DNA of 42,974 nt, taken from the NCBI RefSeq assembly GCF_000315625.1, contig NW_005434432.1, positions 10,216 through 53,189 of the forward strand. The letters run 5' to 3'. Below the pieces are notes generated by a model. That model saw only the letters and a program-made list of their open reading frames with translations. It was not told where the DNA came from and did no database searches. Source of the stretch: Guillardia theta CCMP2712. Taxonomy: Eukaryota > Protista > Cryptophyta. This document shows positions 21,150 through 33,768 of this stretch, piece after piece. Each line of letters begins with the position of its first letter. The first letter of the stretch is position 1. The translations under genes were made by a program, and so were the position numbers.

Positions 21150-24100
21150 ATGAATCAAAGTCGTACCTCTAGTCTTGACACTGTTAAGCCCAGCCGCGGT
21201 TCTCGTTATCTTCGCCTCTCACTACCATCGGACGAGTCCGCCTCAGAAAGTGACCACAAGGACGGACTCGTAACGTATACTGTAACGGCGATCAATCATT
21301 GTATCTGGGGCGGACTTGGGTCTTTTTTCCCCCAGCTGCTCTCGAACAGCGATGGAGATGAAGATGAAGATGAAGATGAAGATGACGATGGTGGTGGTGA
21401 TGATGATGACGACAACTACGATGCCAGCAAGACTTTCCTCCTCCTCCTCTTCATCTCTTTTAGAAGATCCCACCCGATCTTTTCTTCAGCCCCCGTCAAC
21501 TTCCGCTGCAAATTGTCTCTATGACCCTGGGCATCAAGGTTCTGACTCCCATCACTTGGCTGTCTCAGCTGCTGCATGTCCCTGCCCGTCATCGTCTGAC
21601 ATCTCAGCATCTTTCAAGCTCTCCTCAGACACTGCAGAGGTTGGCTGGAACACCAATAAGGAGGCCTCAGTCGGTGACCGGGTGCTGATCGCAATCAACT
21701 TTGAGGGTCGAGGACGAGATGATGTGTACATGCTGCAGCTGCAGCTACGACGAGCTCTTGACGTCCTAGTCATGAAAGAGTACCTGACGTCTCCAGAGAC
21801 GTTCTCATCGCACGCCAGATGCTTGTCCTTCACCTACGAGCATGCGCTGCCTGGTGCGCACCTGGTGAGCGTCATGCTGTTCTCCTCTGACAAGAGCGAA
21901 TCGAAACCAGAGCTACTCTTCTCCTCTCATCATAACTTTCAAGTCAAGACAGATGCTCGTGTATCGCCGCCGCATAATCTCAGCACTGGCTCACCAGCCT
22001 CTCTTTTGCTCAATACCGTCAAACTAAACGGGCAAGAGGTCGAGATCCCCTTGTATCTTTGCGGTGTTCTGCGAGGAACATGCCTGGTCTTGGTTGCTGT
22101 GACAGAGACAGAGACTCTTGAAGTGTCCAACAAAGTTCTGCTGCTTGACCTGGACTGCAAACAAGGTCCCTTCAATGTTTCACTTGCTATTCCCTCGGGG
22201 AAGGAATATTCTCTGTTCGTTGCTCTTACAGAGCTCAAGGACGACTTGCCTGCAAGCCTCAAACCAGCTCTACAACTTCGAAAGTTTTTCAACTTTAACA
22301 GGTGCGTCATGAACGAGTGCTCCCTTGCCGACCACATGTCACCACCCTCTTCCGAACTTCATACTCCGGCTCTTCCTCCTACCCCAGCCGCCAACTCGGT
22401 GGCCCCTCACCCGGAGGACCTCTTGTGCTCTATACACCTTTCATTTTTCCCAGGCGAGACAGTACACGCGCTAGAAACTTTCACTGTGCAAGTCAACATG
22501 GCTGGCTTGGCCAAAGGAAGCAGATACAAGATCGTTTTGTTCATAACTCTCAAGGAGACCGGGCTGGTGATGTTCGAGAAGACCGAGGTCTTCCATGGCG
22601 ATGCATTGCAGTTCATCAAGCATGACATCTCCTCCTTCTGGCCTGGAGAGTTCGTAGTGCATGCAATGCTGTTTGACGATCACTCACAAATCGAAGGTGA
22701 GGACACGATTTTGGCGAAGCTGACGAGGAAAATAGTGTCTGTTGCCTCCTGTCAGGTTTCTTACCTGTGGTCTTCCTCTGGTAGTCCTCTCTTCAACGGC
22801 TCCTTGCCCTACAAGGATGCTCCTTTCTCTGCCCCCGCTGCAAGCTCAACATCGCTTTCCGATAAGGAGCTGCCTGTCACTCTCGTGACTGTCGCTACGG
22901 TGGATCGCGCGGTCGTGCTGGTCAATGTAGCAGCTCACTGGAAGGAGGACATGGCGGTTGCCTTCTACGCGCGATCTCAGTCAGACGAGCAGCAGATCAG
23001 GCGCTTCGTGAGAGACTCACTCGGCCCGTGGTTCTCTTCTCGCGGCAGGCAACTGGAGATCGTAATGCTCACTCTTTGTCCTGATGCTGACGCGGAAGCT
23101 CGTTTCGCTGTCTTTCCGATCAACATGCTCCGAAAGATTTCATGTGCCATAGCAAAGAGCGACCTCGTCTTGTACAGCGACGTTGACATGATCCCGTCAG
23201 ACTCCCTTGCGCATCAGATTCGACTTCTCTATCAAACTTCGACTGTCACGTCCCAGCAGCTGCTGGTCGTGCCATCCTTCAAGAGCAATGGTGCCTGGCC
23301 TCCTTACGCGCATGTCGAGCTGCACAACAAGTCGCTGCTCGTGAGGACTCATGCCGTCACCTTCCTTGACCTCGTCACGAGCTTCGACGCCTGTCAGGTC
23401 AACATTCCTGCAATGCCTTGCGGCCTCTGGTCGCCCTCCCACCGGTGGACAGAAGCTGGAGTCTACCATGCTCCGACCGAGTACAGCAGGTGGTTCAACA
23501 CCAGCGTCGCGTACGAGGTCGACTACATCACAGGCTACGAGCCTTATGTGGTCGTCAACCGCAGCTCGTGGATGGGCAGGCATGGGGCTGGAATGTATGA
23601 TGACGGCTACATCAGTTGGGGCTGGGACAAGTCCTCCCTTACTCTGGAGGCTGCGCTGCTCGGCTACTCCTTCCTCGTCCTTCCCATGGGTTTCCTCGTG
23701 CACGCCTCCTCTCAGATCAAGCAGAGACAACTCAACGTCCGCCTCTTCGCCATGGGGCAACAAATGTATCCGGGCTGGGGCCCACCAGACACTCGAGGAA
23801 GGCAGCGGTTCCATGCGATGCTGTTCTCCAATCAAGTTGACCCGCAGCCCAACGTCGCTATCCGCTCCTACCTCGTGCCAGCCTTCAAGGCCGACGGCTG
23901 CAGCATGGCAGGGCTGCGCTTGGTGCCAGCTGACCGCGTGGAGGTGTCAAAAGAAGGGCACGTGCTGCGAGTCACAGCTCAAGGGCTGTGCGAGGGCGTC
24001 GGGTATCAAATCTATGTGAGCGTGCTGCAAGCGAGCGATCGGATGCCCTTGCATAAGCTCTTCTCTCAACACACTCTCCTCCCGCGTCAGTTTGCGGGCA

Positions 24101-24267
24101 GCAGCCATGAGACCCAGCTGAAGCTCGGTAGGCTCCCAGCGGGAAAGGTCGTGCTAAAGCTCGAGCTTCAAGACCTGCAGGCTTCCAAAGTGCTCGAGAG
24201 AAGCGGGCGAGCAACAATCGACTGGACGGAAAGGAAGTATGAGATAGGCAAACTCGACGCCTCCTGA
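21150..24267 (+). CDS. Glycosyltransferase family 49 (LARGE/B4GAT1-like) domain protein; start uncertain
   Basis: 983-aa ORF with FPINMLRK, SDVDMIPS (DxD), LVVPSF, YEPYVVV, WGWDKSS and YSFLVLPMGFLVH. Confidence 0.85.
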
Positions 24268-24289
24268 TCCTCCTCCTCCTTCTCTTCTT

Positions 24290-26644
24290 CTTTCCCCTCC
24301 TCCACTCAGTGCCACAACTGATGAGTCACTCTTCCTCCCTTCCTCTTTCTCGTTTGTTCGGAGTCTAAGGCTTCGTCTTCTTCCGGGTTCCAAGTTAATA
24401 CTCTTGACATGCTTCTTCGAAAGAACAAGCGAAATGATTCAACAATGGTTCTTCACTTCGTCTCTGAGAGATCTAGTCTTGTATTGTTGGCTCGAAGGCA
24501 TGAGAGTCGATCTCATCCCGTTTGGCTGCAGCATGAAGTTAGTCAGTGAGCTTTGAGGTGCATCATTGGTTTTGTTGTACTTCAAAACTTCTTGCAGAGC
24601 TTTATTGACTGAAAAAGGAAAGGCAAACTTCAGTGTAGCTTGTCTTGACTTCTTTTTTTTGTCTACTTCCAAACAAGCCCGCCTCACGGTTTACCCCGAC
24701 GAGCCAGAAAGTCAGTAAAGTGAGTCAGAGAAAATGAATAAGTTTATGTTTAGTCAAATATATAACTAAACTATTTGTCTGTCAACTGCCATGGAAGACA
24801 CGACAAGCAGGTGCTCCTCCTCCTCCTCCTCCTCGCCTCCTCCTCCTCCTCCTCGCCTCCTCCTCCTCCTCCTCGCCCTCCTCCTCCTCCTCCTCCTCGC
24901 CTCCTCCTCCTCCTCCTCGCCTCCTCCTCCTCCTCCTCGCCCTCCTCCTCCTCCTCCTCCTCGCCTCCTCCTCCTCCTCCTCGCTTCCTCCTCCTCCTCC
25001 TCCTCGCCTCCTCCTCTCCCTCTACTTTTTCATCCTCACTCTTTTTCTAGATGCTTTCGACTCGTCATTCTCCTCATGGACGAGCTTTCCTGCCGCCTTC
25101 GCCAAGTGTTCGAGAGGTCTTTCTCGTCTACCATTGCTGCCACTCTCTCTGCTACCTCCACCCTGATCTCCCGCGCGTTTTCCTCTTCTTATTTGTGCTC
25201 CTACTGATCACAGGGAGTTTCTGCTGCGCACGCGAGTGTCATGGGGAGAGCGAGAGGTGTGCGGGCGAACCTTCTTGATGATGAATCGACGGGCGATGCT
25301 GGAGTGCAAGAGTCTCTCGGCGATTGTAAGTCAGCGACTTCTCTGCTCTTGTCTCACTTCCTGCCCTCGTCTTATTCTCCTTAGGATTATCGCGAGTTGG
25401 GCATGGGCAACCTCAAGGGTGTTTCGGTTGACGGTCTCTTCCGCATCCTCCTTCAAGTCGTTTCAAACCGCCTGAGACGACCAGACGGGCAACCTCGTTA
25501 CCTCTCTTTGGTGCTGCTCTCATGCTTGCGTCCTTCCTCATCGCTGCTTGACTGTATCTTGTCGCTCGTCACGCTGCAGGTGAATCCTCTTCTTCGGCGA
25601 GCGGCGCGGAAGCCTTTTGGAGCCAACGAGGCAGCGGGTGAGAGTCCAAGGGTTGAGGAGACGCTGACGGGCAGAGCGAAGGACAAGAAACGGGAGACAT
25701 CAGGGTGACGCGAGCATGCGAGGAGCTTCAAAAGTAAACAAGGAGAAGGGGAGGAAGAGGAGAGGGAAAGTGTGTGTGTGTGGGGGGAAAGAGGTTGGGA
25801 GAGGGAGAGTGAGGCTTTGAAATCTAATGGAGGGTCATGGCAGCTTGCGGCAGAATTTCTTCATGCAGGTCAGGATTCTGTGCCGTCCTTCTCAGCTGCA
25901 CCAACCTACTCAACCTGCCTCGCGCAAGTGAGCGAGGGGGCAAGAGAAGGGAGCAGAGGGAGGAGGAGGAGGAGGAGAAGGGAGGAGGAGGGAGGGGGTA
26001 GAGGAGGAGGAGGAGGAGAAGGAGGAGGGCGAGGAGAAGGAGGAGGAGGAGGAGGAGGGAGGAGGAGGGAGGGGGTAGAAGAGGAGGAGGAGGGGGTAGA
26101 GGAGGAGAAGTTTGACTCCCGGCAGGTGCAGCTTGACATCTCCTCTTGACCTAGAGGAGATGTGGAACCAGACCACCAGTAACCTCAACATGTTGGGACC
26201 TCAAGGTGCTGCTAATGTTTCTTCCCTCCCCTCCTCCTCCTCATCGTGCTTGTTTACTTCTTCGGCTTCACCTCCTTGTGCCCTTCCCCTTCTTCCTCTT
26301 GCCGTCTTGCTCTCCCTGCCTCCCTTTCTGATGGTCTCGTCCAGGTCGAAGTCTCGTCTACCAGCAGCCGTGGGAGCAGCTCCGAGTCGCGTCCCTGCAC
26401 GAGCTCATCCGCGAGGCCTCCGTGAGCGCGTCAGGCTGCAGCTCTGTCGCTCCCTCACTCTGACGAGGCTCAGGGAGACCATCGTCCTGCTCAGCTCCAT
26501 CGTGATGGCCAACGACCCTCCCTTGTTCAAGGACGTCAAGAAGACGGAGGAGGCGAGCTTTCCCTCCCGACCTTCCTCCCCTCACTTCTTTTCCAGGTGT
26601 CTTCGCACAAACTTCGCGATGCTGTCAACAAAGTCATCGCTCAT
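24290..26644 (-). CDS. Hypothetical multi-exon, low-complexity protein; boundaries approximate
   Basis: Exon-like blocks (MSDDFVDSIAKFVRRHLEKK..., LASSVFLTSLNKGG...) separated by GT-AG introns with GGA/CCT microsatellites. Confidence 0.35.
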
Positions 26645-27019
26645 GGTCGCTTCTCCACTCGCTGCTCCCTCGCGGGCAGGTGAAGCAAAAACTGATCCTG
26701 GTCCTATCTCACTCTCCTCAGTTTGCAGCGCCCGCAGTCAAGCATGGAGCAGGAGCTCAAAATCTACAGGAGAAGTGAGCAAGGAGGGCGTGCAAGTCAG
26801 ACTAGTCTGACTGCTGCATGCCAGGCCTTGCGCAGGCACAGAACGAGAGCCTTCTGGATATGCTGGAGGATGATTGAAGAGAGACGCTGGGAGGAGGCAC
26901 GAGCCCAGATGCGCTGCTGGTGCTGTGCTGGTCCATGTACATAGTTGGGAGGTTGTGTGTAATAGGAATCAAGTGGAAGGACAACATAAAGAATAATGAG
27001 ATGAGAGACAAGAAGAAAA

Positions 27020-29558
27020 TCACGAGGCAAGCGCAAAGTTCTGCTGCATACCATCAGCGAGTGAGACACACCTCCTCGTTTTCACCTTCCCCGTCTCCTC
27101 TCGCTCTCTCTGCATGCTCACAGCTGCCGGCCCGTTGAGTTTGCTTCCTCCATCGAGAGGCGTGCGAGGAAGAACCTGAGTCAAGTCATAGGCGGCGACT
27201 GAAGCCTCTCACCCGGTACCTTAGTGGTGGAAACAGAGGAGGTAGAAGGGGTGGTCGAAGCAGAGGTTGAGGAGGAAGAGGAGGGGGTGGTGGAGGAGGC
27301 GATGACAGGAGACGCACTGAGGCCGCCATGGAAGTTCAAGCTAGCAAGCTGAGGCAGGATTTTGAGTAAGCGAGAGGTGGGTAGAATGACGAGGGTGACT
27401 TACAGCTGAAGGCACAGCTGGGGTAGCAGGAGAAGGCGGAAGATGAGCGCGCTTGGGAGTCTGAAGGGGAGTAGGAAGAGGCTTGTCCTTTGACGTCCTG
27501 CGAGCTTTGCGTCACTCCCTCTCCTTGCCCAGCACGGTCCTTACCCCACGAGCCCTGCCGCCTCCAGCTGGGTTTTCGCCTGACAAGGAAGAGGATCGTT
27601 GCGCTCGAGGGGCTGCAGCGTCTTGCCGTTCATGCAGTCCTTGCAGTCGCACTTGGAGGAGCAGCTGACGCCGAACTCGAAGCACTCGCAGTACCTGAAG
27701 CAAGGATGAGGGTGAACGAGCAGACGGAGGCAAAGGAGAGATAGAGCGAAGGAGAGTGAAGAGAGGAAACCTGACACTGGGAAGGAGAGGAATGAAGCGG
27801 GAGAGAGAAATGGGGCGAGAGACAAAAAGGACGACAAGACAAGCAACGGACTCACTTCTTTAGGCACTTGGAATTCTTGCATTTGCATCCTCGGACATGC
27901 TGCTTGGGTTTGCTCTCTACGCTCACACTTGCTGCGTCACCTTCCGCCCTCACGCGGTCCGCGAAGGCAAGCGGGTCTGAAGTTTTGATGTGCTCGATGG
28001 CCGCAAGTCGTTCCTGCAGGAGCTTAAGTCCGCTTCCTCTACCCTCCTCTCCTCACCTGCTCGTGCTGTCCGTCGTTGTAACAATCGACGCAGTCGCATC
28101 CTTCACAGAGCAGAGCAGCACGGAAGCAGACGCAATACTGGCGGACACACTTCGACTTCTTGCACTTGCACATCTTCGAAGGGTCTCGAGCTCGTGACGA
28201 CTTCGACACACTTGACGTCATGCTTGTGGTACTTGCGATAGCCTGACTGTTGGAAGAAACCTTTTGAACTTCAGCCCTGACTGTTGACGTGGTTGGTGTC
28301 GTGGATGTTGGTGGTGTAGATATGCCGCTAGTCGCCGATGCCTTGGCAGCTGGAGGTGTTGGTGTTGGTGTTGCTGGAGGAGGAGAAGGTTCTGTCTTGT
28401 GTGAGCTTGAATGTTTCGCCGGTTCCTGGGCCATCGCGTTGTTTGGCTTCATTTTCGGTTTGTCTTCGACTTGCTTGTCCTGTCATTACCTCATCCACTA
28501 GCTCAAAGTCACAGCAGCCCTCACCTCATCCTCTCGCGATAGCTCACGATCGAACTCGCTGCCGTAGGAGAGTCTGCTGCTTCCATCGCCCTCTAGGTGA
28601 CAGACCTCCTCTTGGTTCAGCTCCACCTCAAGGCTCCTGGCCTTCCTCGTCATTCCCCGACCACAGAGAGCTAAGCAGCTCAACCTTCTAAGTTGATATC
28701 TCCTGTGCCTCATTGGGCCCGCTAGAATGATTGGTTTGGTGTTACCAGTCTTGTTGATGAAGTCGCCGAAGGCTCCAATGGACACAGTCTCACTTGTTAC
28801 CTTCTCAGCTGTGAGTCTTGATCATCGTTGCGAGAACTCAAGTCGTACCTCATTCTCTCCGAAGCACATCAGCTGCAGTTGAGGTGAACGGGGGGTGAGC
28901 AGCTGAGAAGATGATTCTCGCGACGAGTCTTCAATCAACGTTCTCCTCACTTTCTTGTTGGAGGAGGCTGGCGTTTTCAAGTCTTTGCTTCTGCAAACAA
29001 TTCAGGCAACATGAAACATAATGATCTTTCATTGACATTGGAGGGGAGATTTCTTGAGACGGGAAGGCCCAGGAGGAAACAGAAGAGTTCGTCACTGTGG
29101 GTGAACCAGGAAGAAATCCTAAGGCACTTTGCGTGAAGTAGCCGAGAGGCTGTGAGAGATGGTCAAAGGAGGAGGAGATTTCGCATCGAATCTCACAGAT
29201 GAAGGAGTGTGAAATGTCGTTGCAGGTCGTTTCCGATCCACACTGTTGAGGTTGGGAAGATTGGAAGCGAATCCAGAGAAAGGAGAAGCCGGACAGGAGC
29301 CTGAAAACTCTTCCGCTCTCACCATTCGCCTGCCGACCAACTTTCAATTCAGGCAGCGTTATCGAAGAGCCGAACCCTTCCGAGACAGGAGGAGAGTTCA
29401 GAGAGTCTAAAAGTTGTAGCCGACATGTCTTCGGGGTAAGGGCAAACTCACGAGAGAGCTCGTCTGCTCAAGTTATGTCAGAGTGCATCGAGAAGAAGTA
29501 GGCGCCGCCCACCTGGCGGCAGCGGAGAGAGCCGATCCCGAGACCTCTTTGCTGCCAT
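27020..29558 (-). CDS. CRC-domain (tesmin/TSO1/LIN54-like CXC) DNA-binding protein
   Basis: CKCKKSKCVRQYCVCFRAALLCEGCDCVDCYN, a DPLAF hinge, and GCKCKNSKCLKK|YCECFEFGVSCSSKCDCKDCMN. Confidence 0.88.
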
Positions 29559-30883
29559 GTTGCAATGACAACCTTGGCAACGATCCGATCAGCGACAAGA
29601 ACACTACTGATGTGACGTGGTCTGAGATCTAAACAAGATAAGAGCAGGACAGGACAACCAGCCAGCAGTATCCTTCCCGAATCAAGTGATAAATGTGTAC
29701 ACGAGAAGCAAGGAAGAGGAGAACCAGGAAGAGGATAGGAGCGAGAGGGGCCCCGAGGGAGGGGCCGGGCGAGGGAGCGAAGGGCGGGGAGCGGGAACGA
29801 GGGAAAGGAGGAGGAGGCGGAGGAGGAGGAGGAGGAGGAGGAGGAGGAGGAGGAGGAGGAGGCTGAGTCAGCGTCGATCGACACATTCAAGCCAAGAATC
29901 TGAACTAAGAGAAGGAGAAAGAAGCGAAGGAAAATCAGGAACTTGCTCGACATCAAGGACGCAATGAGGCGCGGGATCAGCGAGGGTTTGATGCACACAA
30001 GAGGACGAGGAGGTTGGGACGAGCATGACAAGGGAGGCGGAGGGGAGGAGGCGATGGGTGCGGAAGTGTATGTAGCCGGAGGGAGAGGACGGTGGGCAGC
30101 AGAGCAAGGGAGGGGAGGAGCACGGCGAGTTGCCCGACACTGCATGGGTGAAGGGCTTGGTGGCGGGGAGGGGCTTGGTGGCGGGATAGGAAATGGTAGG
30201 GTAATCCTACAGTATCATCGAGGGGTAGGGGTAATGACCCTCGTTCACAAGGTTATTTACATGGGAAATCAAGGGGTGATACAACAGTAATATCTTCTAG
30301 GGTGGGTTTAGACGAGATTAAGGGGGTGGGGTATTATGATCTCGGGGCAGACATTGGGTAACAGGAGGGGTACATTGAGGAATTTGGTGGGGTAGGGTAT
30401 CATTCCTGTGGGTATTGGTAAACATTGGTAGGGTAGACAATCACGGAGGGGTAGGTGAAGGTGGGTGAGGGAGCTGGAAAGGGGGGGTAGTCTATGGTCA
30501 TCGGGTTTCAGTGCCCCGCCGGGGCCCGGTGCCGCCCGGCGCCGAGTCAACTTGATGATGAGTCAAGTGACTGACCTCCACCGACTCTCACAAGCGGCAG
30601 CTCACAGAGTCAGCGCTACCAGCAGCAGCAATCAGAAGCAGCAGCAGCACAGTGAGCAGCAGCAGCAGCAGCAGCCGCGAGCACTGCGGCAGCAGCAGCT
30701 GAGCAGCAGCAGCAGCTGAGCAGCGCGACAGCCTCCTGCGAGGCCCCCGCCGGGTCACACGGTGCTACACGTCATATTGCTCTTTCATAAGTTCGGTCCT
30801 TTTTCATCTATTACAATGATCATCGTGTTCATGTCGGTCGTTCGAGTCGGCTGCCAAGCATCCTCAAGGCTCAAGGGCCCACC

Positions 30884-33476
30884 ATGGAACCTCAACGAGG
30901 GCAGGTGGCTCAGTGTAGAGGCCTGCAGACATGCAGTCAGCCTCCTGCACCTCCTGCACCTCCTGCACCTCCGCTCCCCTCACCTTTCTGCCTCTCTTGC
31001 GGCACAGGGAAGAGAAGAGGAGCATCCTGCTGCTTATCCAGCTCAACGTCTCAACCCTCCCCTCCTCTCGCTCCTCTCCCTTCACTCACCGCGACGCAGT
31101 CCTTGGACACCGAGACTGTCATGCCCTCCGCGTTTGAGATGCACCTTATGTGCGGCCCAATGGACCCACACTTCCGCTCCTTCCTCGCCTGCGCTCACAT
31201 TTCAACGCCAACTGCTGCTTGGGACTATTGCCTGACCACTGTAGACGGCTCCTGATCCTTCTTCTTTTCGCGTTCTCGTTTCCTGGTAGACTGTCCCTCC
31301 TGCATTCGACATCATCGTCATCGTCTGACTCAGATGTTGGGAGCGTCAGTAGCACCGCATTCAGGATTCTCTCTATCGTCGATGCTGTCTTCTCATCTTT
31401 CTCCCTGCAGCGACATCACGAGGGCCCTGATCTCTAGCACCTGACTTGTTCGATTGCTCCTTTCGTCTTCGCAGATGTTCTGTGCGAGAGATCACACACT
31501 CTCAACAAGTTCCTGAGGGCAGCACCAGCTCGTCTTGCGAGGGTCATCGGATCTGCTTCCTTCCTTTCGCTCTTCTCTTTCTGTCACCAGCATGTCACAG
31601 CCAACGCGATTCGGATTAGCCTCACCATCATGGGCAGCGCTAGCATGTCGTGTTCGCGACTACGCCTGCTTGATTGTTTTGAAGCTTCGGGAACGAGTGA
31701 ACGACTGGGAGAACAAGCTTGCTCTCACATCTCGAGACGCTGTCGTTGCCATCAGAGATCTCGTCCGAAAGCTCATCTGTCATGATGTCATCTCGGAGAA
31801 CTTGAACAAAACAACATCACCCTCTTGCTCTGCCACGTCTGCGTCCGGGTTGTACTCATCGCTATAATATCCTTATCAGCAGGGCGAAGGGCAATGCATG
31901 CACATGCTGCGCAAACCTGGAGCGAGGTGTTTGCTTGATCGTTTCAGAGCTTGAGTGAGAACAGATCAATACGTTCCTCGCTAGCCCCTTCAACACCAAT
32001 ATACCTGTCTTCCCATGCGCCGGGGATAGCAAGCTGAACCAGCAACTTCAGCAGCGTTACAAGCAGGAAATTCTCACCTTGATAACAATGCTGACAGGGT
32101 TGCTTCGACCCGGGAATGGAACTCCATGCACCTTCAGTCAAAAAGGTCAAGAAAACATCAGCGATTCAACCTGTCAGTGTCACCTTGGGCCAGACTTTGT
32201 ATCGCGGCAAGTCTGATTTCTGACGATGTTGATTCAGACACCATCAGTTTCGAACCAACAATATACCGTAGCAGCTTGAGTGGGGAGCTTGATCTTCAGC
32301 TTCGGGATTGAGATTGGAAGATCTGCAGAGACAATGAGGGCGAACGGGAGGACGAGGAAGTGACCGGCGCTAATCTCCTTCTTCTTAAAGAACTTCTTGC
32401 GAAACTCGATCGGAAGCGTACACTTGCATCGCTCAGTCCGCTGCTTCCCAACCATCAGCAAGGCGGATCTTCAAGCAAAATGTCGTACCTGGCCGTTGAG
32501 CTTGATGACGACATGGCATCTCCACTTAAGCTGCAGCAAAATTAGACGATAATGCAGCCCATCTTTCACAGGCATGTATCTTCATCTCTCAGCACGTATC
32601 TTCATCTCTCAGCACGTATCTTCATCTCTCAGCATGTATCTTCATCTCTCAGCATGTATCTTCATCTCTCAGCATGTATCTTCATCTCTCAGCATGTATC
32701 TTCATCTCTCAGCACGTATCTTCATCTCTCAGCATGTATCTTCATCTCTCAGCATGTATCTTCATCTCTCAGCATGTATCTTCATCTCTCAGCATGTATC
32801 TTCATCTCTCAGCATGTATCTTCATCTCTCAGCATGTATCTTCATCTCTCAGCACGTATCTTCATCTCTCAGCATGTATCTTCATCTCTCAGCATGTATC
32901 TTCATCTCTCAGCATGTATCTTCATCTCTCAGCATGTATCTTCATCTCTCAGCACGTATCTTCATCTCTCAGCACGTATCTTCATCTCTCAGCATGTATC
33001 TTCATCTCTCAGCATGTATCTTCATCTCTCAGCATGTATCTTCATCTCTCAGCATGTATCTTCATCTCTCAGCATGTATCTTCATCTCTCAGCATGTATC
33101 TTCATCTCTCAGCATGTATCTTCATCTCTCAGCACGTATCTTCATCTCTCAGCATGTATCTTCATCTCTCAGCATGTATCTTCATCTCTCAGCATGTATC
33201 TTCATCTCTCAGCATGTATCTTCATCTCTCAGCATGTATCTTCATCTCTCAGCATGTATCTTCATCTCTCAGCATATCTTGTCAGATTCCAACTCCCTAT
33301 CTCATCCTCTCTTCACCCCGTCTCCCTCCTCTTCCTGTCGCATCGTACCTCCTCAGCCTCCTCCGCCATGCCGCGAGCGTCTGCTGCCCTGGGAAGGTCG
33401 TAGAGAGAGGCTAATAAAGGGACTAAGAAACGTCAGAAAATCGAAGCTGTCCTTTACTCTGAGGCGGATGAAGTAG
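30884..33476 (+). CDS. Hypothetical multi-exon protein; structure unresolved
   Basis: Exon-like blocks with short introns; no recognised domain. Confidence 0.3.
32572..33277. repeat. 20-bp minisatellite (GCAYGTATCTTCATCTCTCA), about 35 units
   Basis: Directly visible; a single C/T variant position. Confidence 0.98.
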
Positions 33477-33541
33477 AAGCGACTCAAGTCTCCTCTTCTA
33501 CCCTCCTCACTTGTACTCTCCTCCTGCCCCTCTTCTCTTAC

Positions 33542-33652
33542 CTATCCTCCTACATCTCCCCCCTTATCTATCCTCCTACATCTCCCCCCTTATCTATCCT
33601 CCTACATCTCCCCCCTTATCTTTCCTCCTACATCTCCCCCCTTATCTATCCC
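33542..33652. repeat. 26-bp tandem repeat (CTATCCTCCTACATCTCCCCCCTTAT), about 4 units
   Basis: Directly visible. Confidence 0.9.
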
Positions 33653-33768
33653 GTCGCCCCCAACCTGCTCGCACATGAATTCAAACTGGCTTCTCTTCAC
33701 GCTTCTGTTTTGTCTTCATCTTCCTATCCTGGCGTTTCCTTGCAAAGTCGACCATTGCGCGGAGCAGG

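Noticed and set aside
24775-26191. Poly-Pro/Ser/Leu/Glu ORFs here and at 19.8, 29.8, 37 and 38.8 kb
   Set aside because: CCT/GGA microsatellites, mostly intronic or intergenic.
32552-33476. Three overlapping ORFs (MYLHLSACIFISQHVSSSLS repeats)
   Set aside because: By-product of a stop-free 20-bp minisatellite.
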